From contig CBDFLQ010000007.1 of assembly GCA_965249275.1 (NCBI GenBank), positions 1,030,395-1,094,394 on the forward strand: a stretch of 64,000 nucleotides of DNA, in the 5' to 3' direction. This DNA is from Dehalococcoidia bacterium (lineage in GTDB: Bacteria; Chloroflexota; Dehalococcoidia; Plut-88900). The notes beneath the pieces were generated by a model, which worked only from the letters and a program-made list of their open reading frames with translations, was not told the origin of the DNA and made no database searches. Every line of letters starts with the position of its first letter. Position 1 is the first letter of the stretch. The position numbers and the translations under genes are program-made. Shown here piece by piece: positions 52,575 to 62,329 of this stretch.

Positions 52575-53960
52575 CTACCCGCTCACCCCCAGCTCCGACT
52601 CAAATTCCGTCAGGGAACGGTCCAGGGCCTCCAGAATCTCGTCCACCTGCTCCTTGGTTGCGATCATGGCAGGAGCGATGAACATGGGCAGGCCCCGGTT
52701 AAGGTTTTGCGGCCGCCTCGGGCCCCAGAGACTGGAGTAGAGGGCAAGTCCGTTCTTGAGTGCTATCGACTGGAAACGCTCTTCGGCGTTTATCTCGGGT
52801 GAGAAGAACTCCAGGGTCTCCTTGTTGCTGACCAACTCGGGCACCATTAGCATTCCCTGGCCGCGTATGTCTGTAATCGTCGGGTGATCGAGCAAGGCCT
52901 TTCCCTGCTCGTGCATGTACGCCCCGACCTCCGCCGAGTGCTCCACCAGCCCGTCTTTCTCGATAATGTCTATCACTTCAATACCGACAGCGCAGGCCAC
53001 CGCGTGCCCCGAGTACGTGTACCCGTGGGTGAAGTGCCCTCCGTCTGCGAAGGCGTCGCTGACTTCGTCGGAGACAGTCACTGCAGCCAGTGGTGCGTAG
53101 CAGCTCCCTATTCCCTTGGCCGTGACCATCACGTCAGCCTCTACGTCGTAGTGCTCCATCCCGAACCACTTACCGGTCCGGCCCCACCCCGTAATCACTT
53201 CGTCGATAATAAGGAGCACGTTGTATCGGTCGCATATCTCGCGGATGGCCTGCCAGTACTCGGGAGGAGGCACGAGCCCGTAGTCCCGGCCTTGGGCCAG
53301 GGGTGTGGCTATGAACGCGGCCACATACTGCTCACCTGCGTAGTAGATCGCCTCTTCCAGCTCCTGGGCGCACTGCACCGCATAGTCCTTGGGGTCCATC
53401 CGGGGCGGCGTTTCCCTCTCGCTGTGCTGCTTGATGTGGGGCCAGTCCGTCAGCATGGGAGTGTAGGCATTCCGGTTGCCGGCCACCCCCGCCACCGAGA
53501 GCGCTCCCAGGCTCATCCCGTGGTAGCTCTCATAGCGGGATATGACGATGTACTTCTCCAAATTGCCCCGATTCAAGTGATATTCGCGGGCGACCTTTAT
53601 CGCCGTCTCCACAGCCTCAGACCCACCCGAGGCCAGGAAGGTTGTGTTCAGGCTTCCGGGCGCTTTCTGGCTGATCCGCTCACACAACTCAGCCCGAGGC
53701 CGGTTGGACATGATCGGGTGACAATAAGCGAACTTCTCCGCCTGTTTTGTCATCGCCTCGACTATGCGCGGGTCCCCGTGCCCCAGGTTGACCGCCATCG
53801 GCCCCCCCGACGCGTCGATATACCGATTACCGTCCTCGTCATACAGATAGATGCCCTCGGCCCTTTCCAAAACGGGGGAAAAGGGATGGTAGGCAAAGGC
53901 ACGATTCCAAATTCCCTCGGGCTCTCTGATAGTTGGTCTCGGGTTTTCCGTAAGCGTCAT
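52575..53960 (-). CDS. Class III aminotransferase
   Basis: SGGSEAVETAIK, SYHG, DEVITGWGRTG, TAKG, HGYTYSGH. Confidence 0.94.
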   Translation of the reverse strand: MTLTENPRPTIREPEGIWNRAFAYHPFSPVLERAEGIYLYDEDGNRYIDASGGPMAVNLGHGDPRIVEAMTKQAEKFAYCHPIMSNRPRAELCERISQKAPGSLNTTFLASGGSEAVETAIKVAREYHLNRGNLEKYIVISRYESYHGMSLGALSVAGVAGNRNAYTPMLTDWPHIKQHSERETPPRMDPKDYAVQCAQELEEAIYYAGEQYVAAFIATPLAQGRDYGLVPPPEYWQAIREICDRYNVLLIIDEVITGWGRTGKWFGMEHYDVEADVMVTAKGIGSCYAPLAAVTVSDEVSDAFADGGHFTHGYTYSGHAVACAVGIEVIDIIEKDGLVEHSAEVGAYMHEQGKALLDHPTITDIRGQGMLMVPELVSNKETLEFFSPEINAEERFQSIALKNGLALYSSLWGPRRPQNLNRGLPMFIAPAMIATKEQVDEILEALDRSLTEFESELGVSG

Positions 53961-54027
53961 GTCCCCTGCCTCCTGCCCCGGGCTGGTGCCTCGGGTCTAA
54001 AACTCCACGATTCTACGTTAGCCATTG

Positions 54028-54228
54028 CTAAATTGACGGGGGTGGCTCATCAAAGGGTTGGCCCAGTCTCTCAGCTTCGAGTCGCCGCTCGTTCCACGCT
54101 TGCCACAGCGCCGTAACTTCCTCTCGTATCTTAGCTTCAGCTTCTTCCCTCGCCTCCGCAACCGCCTTGGCTATCTGCTTCTGCTTTCTATTCTCGAACC
54201 ACTCGTCCAGTCGTTCAGCCAGTACCAT
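54028..54228 (-). CDS. Small hypothetical protein, paralog of the C-terminus of 54258-54734
   Basis: MVLAERL...WQAWNERRLEAE..G.PFDEPPP; GGAG upstream. Confidence 0.7.
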   Translation of the reverse strand: MVLAERLDEWFENRKQKQIAKAVAEAREEAEAKIREEVTALWQAWNERRLEAERLGQPFDEPPPSI

Positions 54229-54257
54229 TTCGATAGTCTCCCGGCCAGGAACGTGGC

Positions 54258-54734
54258 CTATGGGGAAGGCGGCGGCTCATCAAATGGTTCGCCCAGCGTC
54301 TCTGCCTCTATTCGGCGTTCGTTCCACGCTTGCCACAGTGCGGTCACTTCCTCTCGCGTCTTAGCTGTTGCCTCGGCCCGCGTCTTCTCTTCCGTCTCGG
54401 CTACTGCCTCCGCTACCGCCTTGGCTATCTGCTTCTCACGCCTCTTATCGAACCACTCTTCCAGTCTCTCTGCCAATACCATCCCGTTCCTCCAAACCTC
54501 GGTGACGATTAGCGAACCCGCCACCGACGCTATAACCAGCCGCCCCACCCCTGCCCAAGCCGCCAAGGCCGTATCTACTATCCCATCGGCCTTGTTCACG
54601 TGGACTTCTGTATATGTTACCAGCCCACCGCCAATCAATGCCAGAGTTATGAACACGATGAAGTATAGACCCTTCGTCTCCCTGCTCACGCTCCATATCG
54701 AATCTCTACCCTTCTGTTCCTGCTTATCCAACAT
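54258..54734 (-). CDS. Hypothetical 2-TM membrane protein with coiled coil and WNERR...FDEPPP tail
   Basis: Two hydrophobic segments then a charged helix; duplicated downstream. Confidence 0.75.
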   Translation of the reverse strand: MLDKQEQKGRDSIWSVSRETKGLYFIVFITLALIGGGLVTYTEVHVNKADGIVDTALAAWAGVGRLVIASVAGSLIVTEVWRNGMVLAERLEEWFDKRREKQIAKAVAEAVAETEEKTRAEATAKTREEVTALWQAWNERRIEAETLGEPFDEPPPSP

Positions 54735-54931
54735 TTATCCACTTGATGAGGCTTATCGTCAGTATATCTGTGTGACACATTATGACCGACCAACATCCAA
54801 ACTCTACAGGTCACTGTCAAGGGCATTCCGGTCCAGGCCATCCAAAAATAACTGACAGCCGTCCCCGCTGACGGTATCATTCCCCCAACCGGGCCCCGAG
54901 GCCCGCATCCTCACCTGCCGGAGGCCATCAC

Positions 54932-56143
54932 ATGGAAGCGCCCCTCAAAGGTATCCGAGTCCTCGAGGTCGCCAACTGGCTCGCCATCCCCTCCTGTGCC
55001 GCCATGATGGCCGACATGGGCGCCGACGTTATCAAGGTAGAAGCCCTGCAGGGCGATACCTTCCGCACCGAGATCCGGGACGCCGACTTCGCCAAGTCTT
55101 TTCCCACCAGCTACGCCTTCGAACTCGACAACCGAGGCAAGCGCTCCATAGCCCTCAACTTGGCCCGACCCAAGGCAGTCGAGGCCGTACACAAGCTCGC
55201 CTCCAAAGCCGATGTCTTTATGACCAACCTGATCCCCCGCCGCCAGGAGGCCTTCAACCTCACCTACGAAGAACTCTCCAAGGACCACCCCAGCCTGATC
55301 TATGTCTCCTTTAACGGCTACGGCACCGAAGGCCCCGACAAGGACCGAACCGGCTTCGACTACACCGCCTTCTGGACCCGTTCCGGCGCTATGTCCCTCT
55401 TCAGCCGGCCTGGCAAGGAGCCAGTCAACCTTCGCTCCGGCTTCGGGGATCACACCAGTTCTCCCATGCTCCTCGCCGGGGTAATGACCGCGCTGTGGGC
55501 CAGGGAGAAAACGGGACGGGGACAAAAGGTCGCCTGCTCCCTGCTCAACATGGGCCTATGGGTCATAGGCGGCGACCTGTCTCGTTCCCTCTACGCCCAG
55601 CAGCACCCGTTCCAATGGAATCGAGAAGAATCCCCCAACCCGCTCCAGAACACCTATCAGACCGCCGACGGGAAGTGGATAAACATGGTCTCGCCCAATA
55701 CCAACGAGAAGTGGGCCAGGTTCTGCCGAGCCCTGCAGCGCGACGACCTCATAACCGATGAACGATACTCGGAGCCGCTCGCCCGGCGCGCCAACGCCCG
55801 AGAACTGATACCCGAACTCGACCGTGTCCTTGCTCGCAATACCCTCGAAGACCTCGCCCCGCGCCTCGACGCCCAGGGCGTCATCTGGGCGCCCATGCAG
55901 GATCTCATGGACGTTATGTCCGACCCTCAAGTACGCGCCAACGAGTTCATCGTTACCGTCGACCACCCCACCCACGGCCCCTACGAGACCCTAGCCACGC
56001 CACTTAAGTTTAGCGAAAGCGAGATCAAACCCCGGGGCGCAGCACCCGAGATGGGCCAACACACGGAAGAAGTTCTTGTCGACGAGCTAGGCTACTCCTG
56101 GGAAGACGTGGAGTCCTTCCGCGAAGACGGTGCTATAAACTGA
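54932..56143 (+). CDS. CoA-transferase family III
   Basis: ADMGADVIKVE, NRGKRS, GFD, FGD catalytic Asp, GQHTEEVL. Confidence 0.95.
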   Translation: MEAPLKGIRVLEVANWLAIPSCAAMMADMGADVIKVEALQGDTFRTEIRDADFAKSFPTSYAFELDNRGKRSIALNLARPKAVEAVHKLASKADVFMTNLIPRRQEAFNLTYEELSKDHPSLIYVSFNGYGTEGPDKDRTGFDYTAFWTRSGAMSLFSRPGKEPVNLRSGFGDHTSSPMLLAGVMTALWAREKTGRGQKVACSLLNMGLWVIGGDLSRSLYAQQHPFQWNREESPNPLQNTYQTADGKWINMVSPNTNEKWARFCRALQRDDLITDERYSEPLARRANARELIPELDRVLARNTLEDLAPRLDAQGVIWAPMQDLMDVMSDPQVRANEFIVTVDHPTHGPYETLATPLKFSESEIKPRGAAPEMGQHTEEVLVDELGYSWEDVESFREDGAIN

Positions 56144-56190
56144 CGGGCATGGTAAAGCCCATCCGACAGCCGACGAATTTGGAGTCACAT

Positions 56191-56237
56191 TTGACAAGTT
56201 GTGAATCTGAGCTAATATAGACGACGGATATATATAG
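56191..56237 (+). promoter_or_regulatory. Promoter with overlapping AT-rich imperfect palindrome (possible ArsR/SmtB operator)
   Basis: TTGACA at 56191, TAATAT 16 nt downstream, then ctaatatagacgacggatatatatag. Confidence 0.4.
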
Positions 56238-56253
56238 CACAGAGACATATACT

Positions 56254-57261
56254 TTGAAGGATAGTAACGCTATGGCTATCTCCGCAGTCAGACCCTCCCG
56301 ACTCCGACTCCGGCGCCCCAACGCCGAGGCGTTAATCTGGCTGTTAACCGGCACCCTCCTCCTAACCGGCTCCCTCGTCCCCGACGCCAACGCCGACATG
56401 GTCAGAAATGTCGGTTGGGGCATTCTCAAGATCCTGCCGGTGCTTGCAATAGCGTCACTGCTTGCCGGGGCGCTGACCCTCGGCAACTGGTCCGACCGCG
56501 CACTTTCTTGGCTGAAGGGCAGTACCCTGCGCTCGATACTGATCGCTAGCTTGATAGGAGCAGTAACGCCCGTATGTGGCCTCGGCGTCCTGCCCCTCAT
56601 TGCCTCCCTTCTCCGCCGAGGCGTTCCCCTCGCACCCATCATGGCTTTCTGGGTCTCATCGCCGGTCACCGACCCCAGCATGATGCTAGTCACCGGCGGA
56701 ATCATCGGCCCCGATTTCGCAATAGCCAAGACTGTTGCCGCATTCTCCATCGGTATGTTCGCCGGAGTGGTGACTGCCGGTCTTCCCGGCTTCCGGGGCT
56801 CGGTCAATGAGCTGATGCGTACAGAGGCCCTGGAACAATACGGCTGTTGTGAAGCGGACCGCTCCCGGTTCTGGCCCGAGGTAATGAGCAACACACGCCT
56901 CGCACTGCGATGGCTTGCCTTGGCCCTCGTATTGGAGGTCTTCCTGCAGAGACTGGTCCCCGACGAGTGGATTATGTCCCTCTTCGGCAACGAGGCCAGA
57001 GCTTCAGTGCCCTTGGCAGTGATCGTCGGCGCCCCCATGTACCTCGACGGCTACGCTTCCCTGCCGTTAGTACGCGGCCTCCTTGAAATGGGGATGAGCT
57101 TCGGTGCAGCCCTGGCACTGATGGTCTCCGGAGCGGCCATAAGCCTATATGCGGCAGTAGCGGTCGTCTCCGTAGTCCGCGCCCGGGTCTTCGCCCTCTA
57201 CGTAGTCCTAGCCTTACTCGGAGCCTGCATAGTCGGCTACGCCGCTAACCTAGTCCTCTAG
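56254..57261 (+). CDS. Permease, ArsP/DUF318 family
   Basis: GAVTPVCGLGVLP, GVPLAPIMAF, GAPMY, many TM segments, central GCC. Confidence 0.85.
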   Translation: MKDSNAMAISAVRPSRLRLRRPNAEALIWLLTGTLLLTGSLVPDANADMVRNVGWGILKILPVLAIASLLAGALTLGNWSDRALSWLKGSTLRSILIASLIGAVTPVCGLGVLPLIASLLRRGVPLAPIMAFWVSSPVTDPSMMLVTGGIIGPDFAIAKTVAAFSIGMFAGVVTAGLPGFRGSVNELMRTEALEQYGCCEADRSRFWPEVMSNTRLALRWLALALVLEVFLQRLVPDEWIMSLFGNEARASVPLAVIVGAPMYLDGYASLPLVRGLLEMGMSFGAALALMVSGAAISLYAAVAVVSVVRARVFALYVVLALLGACIVGYAANLVL

Positions 57262-57269
57262 CCCCCCCC

Positions 57270-57425
57270 ACCCCCGAGGGGAACCTGTCCGCCCTAGGCT
57301 GATCATTCCCGTGCCCCGACACGGGTTGAAGCTGCGCCGTGCTGAAAGTCCGCCTTTGGCGGAGCGTGAACTCGTCTCCAGGTGGGGCCGCTCATCCTGA
57401 GCCCCGTCGAAGGGTCGAGCGGGGC
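57270..57425. repeat. Cluster of REP-like palindromic repeats
   Basis: cctgtccgccctagg, tcattcccgtgccccgacacggg, gtccgcctttggcgga, ccgctcatcctgagccccgtcgaagggtcgagcgg. Confidence 0.65.
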
Positions 57426-57469
57426 AGGGCGGCTCACCACCGCTAATCCATCGCGCAGTCCCTCCCCCC

Positions 57470-58573
57470 TCACACAACCGTGAACACAGGCTCCCCCAGA
57501 GCCTCCTCATCAACCGTTATCCCCAGCCCCGGCCCCCGAGGCACGCTGACCCTACCGTTAACAGGCTTCGGTGAGTCCGGCGACACCGACTCCCGTAGCC
57601 GGTAGTTCCAGATACTCGCCGTGAAAAATGCCTCCGGTCGAGTGCTGCCCGCCAGGTGGGCCATGGCCGCGGACATCACGTCGCTGCTGGCCGCATCCTC
57701 CAGGTCTAGGGCGACCCCCAGGGCCTGGGCCAGGTCCCGGATTTGGGCCGTTTTCGTTATCCCTCCCCATCTCGACACCTTAGCGTTAAGCACGTCCAGG
57801 GCTCCCCGGCTATAGGCATCAACGAAGATTGGAATCGAAGTGATAATCTCGTCCAACACCATAGGCAGGTCGGTTCGTGCCCGGATGGCAAGGCATTCGC
57901 CCAAGGTCGCGCACGGCTGCTCTATGTAGAGATTCTCGCCTGCGAACGCATTGACGACCCTCGTAGCCTGGTGAAGAGTCCACCCCGTGTTCGCGTCCGC
58001 AACGACAGTCTCGCCCTCTTGCGCAAAATCGAGCACCGCCCTGATCCTCGCGATATCCTCATCCGCCTCTCCCCCGACCTTCATCTGAAAGTGACGAATT
58101 CCCTGGGCCCGAAACTTGGCAGCGCTTTCCACCATATCCTCCGCCGACCCCTGAGACAGCGCCCGATACACCGGAAACTCCTCAACGTATCGGGCCCCGA
58201 GCAGAGTCGATATTGGCAGCCCAGCAGCCTTGCCGAGCAGGTCCCAGCAGGCTATGTCTATCGGCGTCTTGGCGTATTCATGTCCGGCCATCACAGAGTC
58301 CATCACCAGGTTAACCGCTTTTGGTTCCCGAGGGTCCAGCCCGATCATATGCGGCCCGATCACCCTCAACCCCGCCCGCACCCCCTCGGCATAGGAGGGC
58401 ATGTAAGCCGACCCCAGGGGCGTGCACTCTCCGTATCCGCTCAGCCCATCGTCCGTGGTCAGCTTTACGAACGTCGCGTCCAGGGCCTCCACGGACCTGC
58501 CCTTGGACCAAGAGTAGATCACGTCCGACAAATGCAGCGTCTTCTGATAAACGTCAATGCGTGCAATCTTCAT
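57470..58573 (-). CDS. Mandelate racemase/MLE enolase-superfamily enzyme (HpbD / cis-3-hydroxyproline dehydratase-like)
   Basis: GECTPLGSAY, IDIACWDLLGK, QMKVG, DAN/EQP/DE metal ligands. Confidence 0.88.
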   Translation of the reverse strand: MKIARIDVYQKTLHLSDVIYSWSKGRSVEALDATFVKLTTDDGLSGYGECTPLGSAYMPSYAEGVRAGLRVIGPHMIGLDPREPKAVNLVMDSVMAGHEYAKTPIDIACWDLLGKAAGLPISTLLGARYVEEFPVYRALSQGSAEDMVESAAKFRAQGIRHFQMKVGGEADEDIARIRAVLDFAQEGETVVADANTGWTLHQATRVVNAFAGENLYIEQPCATLGECLAIRARTDLPMVLDEIITSIPIFVDAYSRGALDVLNAKVSRWGGITKTAQIRDLAQALGVALDLEDAASSDVMSAAMAHLAGSTRPEAFFTASIWNYRLRESVSPDSPKPVNGRVSVPRGPGLGITVDEEALGEPVFTVV

Positions 58574-58662
58574 ATGTCTCCCCGCCGTAAGTCGCAAAAT
58601 AACGAAATCTGCCAAACGTCAGCCGCCATTCTACAACCCCCACCCCAGCCCCCCGACTCTGC

Positions 58663-58796
58663 CACCCGAGGGGAGCCTGTCCGCCTAAGGCGGATCATTC
58701 CGGCCGCCGAGAGCCGGAATCCATCCCCGGAGGCGGACAGGGCGGGGCGTCCTGTCCCCTCTCCCTCCGATGGGAGAGGGCTAGGGTGAGGGTGAT
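58663..58796. repeat. Cluster of REP-like palindromic repeats
   Basis: cctgtccgcctaaggcgga, tcattccggc..gccggaatcc, ccctctccctccgatgggagagggctagggtgagggtg. Confidence 0.7.
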
Positions 58797-59568
58797 CCCA
58801 CTTGGCAAAATGTGACACGAACCCCTTGATCAAAGCAAAACATGTGTACTATATTCACCCTCGATAGGCCCGTCACTCACCCTAACAACCCAAAGGAGGA
58901 CCCAAAAACCCAGGGAAGCCCACCCGACCCACCCGAGGACTCAACGTCCAAGCCCATCCCAACGGCCCTCGCGCAGGCCCGCGGCACAAGCAAACGCCGC
59001 CATCTCCTCATCCCATCGGGTCCCGTGCCCCTTCCCTGACACCCAGGCGATGGAAGACGCCCTGGCTTTTCACTCCCACCCTACTCCCTTCTCGGAAGAT
59101 TGCACCAAGGGTGACAGGAGATGTACTCGCAGACCGAGAGACCCCCATAGAGAACCGTCTCGAAGTTCGGACTGCATTGCAAGAGTTAGCGCGCTACGGC
59201 GAGGGGGTGCCGGAGGATTTGCTCCGAATCGCTCCGGCAAACTAGGACGGCATTAGTTAGGCTGTGGGGCCACAGCTGGATCCCTGGCCCTGACGTGCCC
59301 ACTCGGGCGCACAGCCCCAAGAATGGAGCCTCTGACGGACATCCTGCCCTGGAAGAGTCCGTGCATATAATCGAGCAAAGGGCACTGCCGGCTGCAAGTC
59401 CCTCCCTCTCAGGCGGGGCCTGCTCTCCAGGTCCCCCGACAGCCGGAACACCCGCAAAGAGAGATGCAAAGCCAATTAGAGGGCAAGAGGGCCTCGTCCA
59501 TCGCCAACCCAAAATCCAACAAGACAACCAAACCCACCCCCCAACCCGGCAGTCATACCCCTGCGCCC

Positions 59569-59597
59569 TTGACACCGCTTTGGCATAACAATAATCT
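59569..59597 (+). promoter_or_regulatory. Sigma70-type promoter
   Basis: TTGACA-17nt-TAATCT upstream of the CoA-transferase pair. Confidence 0.55.
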
Positions 59598-59642
59598 TCC
59601 CACTATATTCCCGTCTTAAGCGGCGCCCAGGAGCACCAACCC

Positions 59643-60848
59643 ATGCCCATGGTCCTCGAAGGTATAACGGTCATCGAGTTGGCCACAGGCCAGCAGGGGC
59701 CCGTGGCCGGCACCCTCCTCGCCGACATGGGCGCCGACGTCATTAAGATCGAGGACAAGGACCTCGGCGACCCAGGCCGCAACATCCGCGGCGAGACCCC
59801 CGGCCAGGAACCCTTCCCCATCTCCTACTACTTCGAAAACAACAACCGCAACAAGCGCGGCGTTGCTCTCGACTACGGCACCGAGGCCGGACGCGAAGTT
59901 ATTCGCAATCTCGTCTCCCGCGCCGACATATTCCTCTCCAATTTCCCCATTGCCACCCTCGCAGACATGGGCCTCGACTACCCGAGACTCTCCGCCGCCA
60001 ATGACAAGCTGATCTACGCCGTCTCCACCGGTATGGGCCCGACAGGTCCCGACAAGGACAAGCCCATCAACGACATCGCCGCTCAGTTCCTCGGTGGCAT
60101 CCTCAGTCACGGGAACTCGGATGGCCCCATTCCCTTCTGGGGTGGCATGGCCAACCAGGAAGACGCTCTTCTGCTGGCCTTCGGCATAGTGACTGCCCTT
60201 ATAGCTCGCGAACGGCATGGGGTTGGGCAGGAGGTCTACTCCGCTTTGCTCGGCAGCCAGATTAACTGGGCTGCCCTCAACGTCCAGAGCAACATATTCA
60301 ACAAGAAAGAGCCCTGGGGCATGCGGCGCGAAGCCCCGCTGAGTCCCTTCTGGAACTACTACCAGGCCAAGGACGGCGGGTGGCTCTGCCTCGGCTTCCT
60401 CCAGGAGAGCCGGGACTGGCACACCCTCTGCCAGGTCCTCGAACGTGAAGACCTCGAATTCGACCCCCGCTTCGATACCAACCCGAAGCGCACTAAAGAG
60501 AATAACCAGGTCCTCATTCCCATCATGCGGGAGGCCTTCGCCCAGAAGCCCCTCGCCGAGTGGGAGGAGATTCTGGGCAAGCATGACCTGGGCTGGTCCA
60601 AGCTGAATGACTATGAATCGCTAACTGACGACCCCCAGGTTGTGGCGAACGACTATGTCGTAGACTTTGAGCACCCCAAGGTCGGGCCTGTGCAATTGGT
60701 CGGCATCCCCGTCCGGCTGCAGGAGACCCCCGGCAGCGTACGGACTCCTGCCCCCGAGCTTGGCCAGCACACCGAAGAAGTCCTGAACGGCGTCGGAGGA
60801 TACGGGCCTGAAGACCTGCAAAAGCTGCGGGATCAGGGCACGATCTGA
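59643..60848 (+). CDS. CoA-transferase family III, catalytic Asp replaced by Asn
   Basis: ADMGADVIKIE, NRNKRG, GQHTEEVL; GMANQ where homologs have xxAD. Confidence 0.92.
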   Translation: MPMVLEGITVIELATGQQGPVAGTLLADMGADVIKIEDKDLGDPGRNIRGETPGQEPFPISYYFENNNRNKRGVALDYGTEAGREVIRNLVSRADIFLSNFPIATLADMGLDYPRLSAANDKLIYAVSTGMGPTGPDKDKPINDIAAQFLGGILSHGNSDGPIPFWGGMANQEDALLLAFGIVTALIARERHGVGQEVYSALLGSQINWAALNVQSNIFNKKEPWGMRREAPLSPFWNYYQAKDGGWLCLGFLQESRDWHTLCQVLEREDLEFDPRFDTNPKRTKENNQVLIPIMREAFAQKPLAEWEEILGKHDLGWSKLNDYESLTDDPQVVANDYVVDFEHPKVGPVQLVGIPVRLQETPGSVRTPAPELGQHTEEVLNGVGGYGPEDLQKLRDQGTI

Positions 60849-60867
60849 TAGCGAGGAGGAACGGACA

Positions 60868-62082
60868 ATGGTAATGGCACTGGAAGGAATCCGAGTCGTA
60901 GACATGACCGTCTGGCACCACGGGCCGGGCGGCGGCACGTTTCTAGCTGACATGGGTGCCGAGGTAATCAAGGTCGAGGAGCGCCTGTCCGGCGACCCCG
61001 GACGTCACGGCGGCTCCCTCGGCGGCGTCGAAAACGAATTTGGCCTCTCCTACTACTTTGAGAACAACAACCGGGACAAGAAGAGCCTCGCTATCAACCT
61101 CAAAACCGAAAAGGGGCACGAGGTCATCACCCGGCTCCTCAAGAAATCTGACATTTTCCTATCCAATATGCGCAAGAGCGGTCTCGGACGCCTGGGCCTC
61201 AGCTACGACGAGGTGAAGGAGATCAACCCCGAAATCGTCTACGCTCACGGCTCTGGACAGGGGGACAAGGGCCCCTTGCTGAATCGGCAGTCCAACGACA
61301 TCATCGGCCAGTTCTGGGGCGCGTACGTCAGCTACGGCTCTGCCGAGGGCCCCATGTCCATCTGGTCCGACTTCGCCGACCGAGGCGGAGCGGTCATGCT
61401 CGCCTATGGCGCAACCCTGGCTTTCCTCGGCCGGGAAAGGCACGGCATCTCCCAGGAGGTCAATACCTCCCTCCTCGGCGGCCAGGTTCATCTCGGAGCA
61501 CTCAACTTCCAGCAGCGCCTCTTCGAAGGCAAGGCCGTCAGCCCCCTCTCCAACGGTGAGGACCACCTTCCCAACCCCCTCTACAACATCTACCAGGACA
61601 AAGACGGGGCATGGTTCTGCATCGGCGCCGAGGGCACCGACGAGGAATGGGGCTGCCTCTGCCAGGCCGTAGGCTCGCCCGGCCTGGAAACCGACCCCCG
61701 CTTCGACACCCAAGCCAAGCGTACCAACGGCAACTCCCCCGACCTATACGAAATCCTACGTGCCCGCTTCGCCGAGGAGACCATCGAGCACTGGGCTCCG
61801 GCTCTTGATTCGACAGACCTACCCTGGGCCCGCCTCCGCAGGTACACCGAGGTCATCAACGACCCCCACGTCCTCGAAAACGAGTTCATCGCCGAGCTTG
61901 ACCACCCCAACAAGGGCAAGCTCCACTACGTCGGCCTCCCCGTCAAGCTGAGCAAGACCCCCGGTAAGCTGCGGATGCCCGCCCCTGACCTCGGCCAGCA
62001 CACCGAAGAGGTCCTCACAGAGATCTGCGACTACTCTTGGGATGAGGTCATAGACATGAAACTCGCCGAGATAGTGAACTAG
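60868..62082 (+). CDS. CoA-transferase family III
   Basis: ADMGAEVIKVE, NRDKKS, FADR, GQHTEEVL. Confidence 0.94.
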   Translation: MVMALEGIRVVDMTVWHHGPGGGTFLADMGAEVIKVEERLSGDPGRHGGSLGGVENEFGLSYYFENNNRDKKSLAINLKTEKGHEVITRLLKKSDIFLSNMRKSGLGRLGLSYDEVKEINPEIVYAHGSGQGDKGPLLNRQSNDIIGQFWGAYVSYGSAEGPMSIWSDFADRGGAVMLAYGATLAFLGRERHGISQEVNTSLLGGQVHLGALNFQQRLFEGKAVSPLSNGEDHLPNPLYNIYQDKDGAWFCIGAEGTDEEWGCLCQAVGSPGLETDPRFDTQAKRTNGNSPDLYEILRARFAEETIEHWAPALDSTDLPWARLRRYTEVINDPHVLENEFIAELDHPNKGKLHYVGLPVKLSKTPGKLRMPAPDLGQHTEEVLTEICDYSWDEVIDMKLAEIVN

Positions 62083-62173
62083 GCTTCATCGCTCCTTCCC
62101 GATGAGGGTAAAATGCCTTGTGGGTGGTCGGCTGAAATCTGCTGAATTTGCGACTGCCCGGATGGTCGAGTAA

Positions 62174-62329
62174 ATGGTTGCAAACAAGAGCCCCAAAGTT
62201 AGAGACTCCCTCGCAATCGAGGAAGCAAGGCGTTTGTCACTCGCAAATAAGATGCTGGCTGAGAGAGGAAAACGCCCCAAGGTATCGCGAGATGAGATCA
62301 GGAGGATGCGGGACGAAGGTCGGTATTAG
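62174..62329 (+). CDS. Putative antitoxin (51 aa, absent from ORF track)
   Basis: MVANKSPKV...KVSRDEIRRMRDEGRY*; TAG overlaps the GTG of the PIN gene. Confidence 0.65.
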   Translation: MVANKSPKVRDSLAIEEARRLSLANKMLAERGKRPKVSRDEIRRMRDEGRY

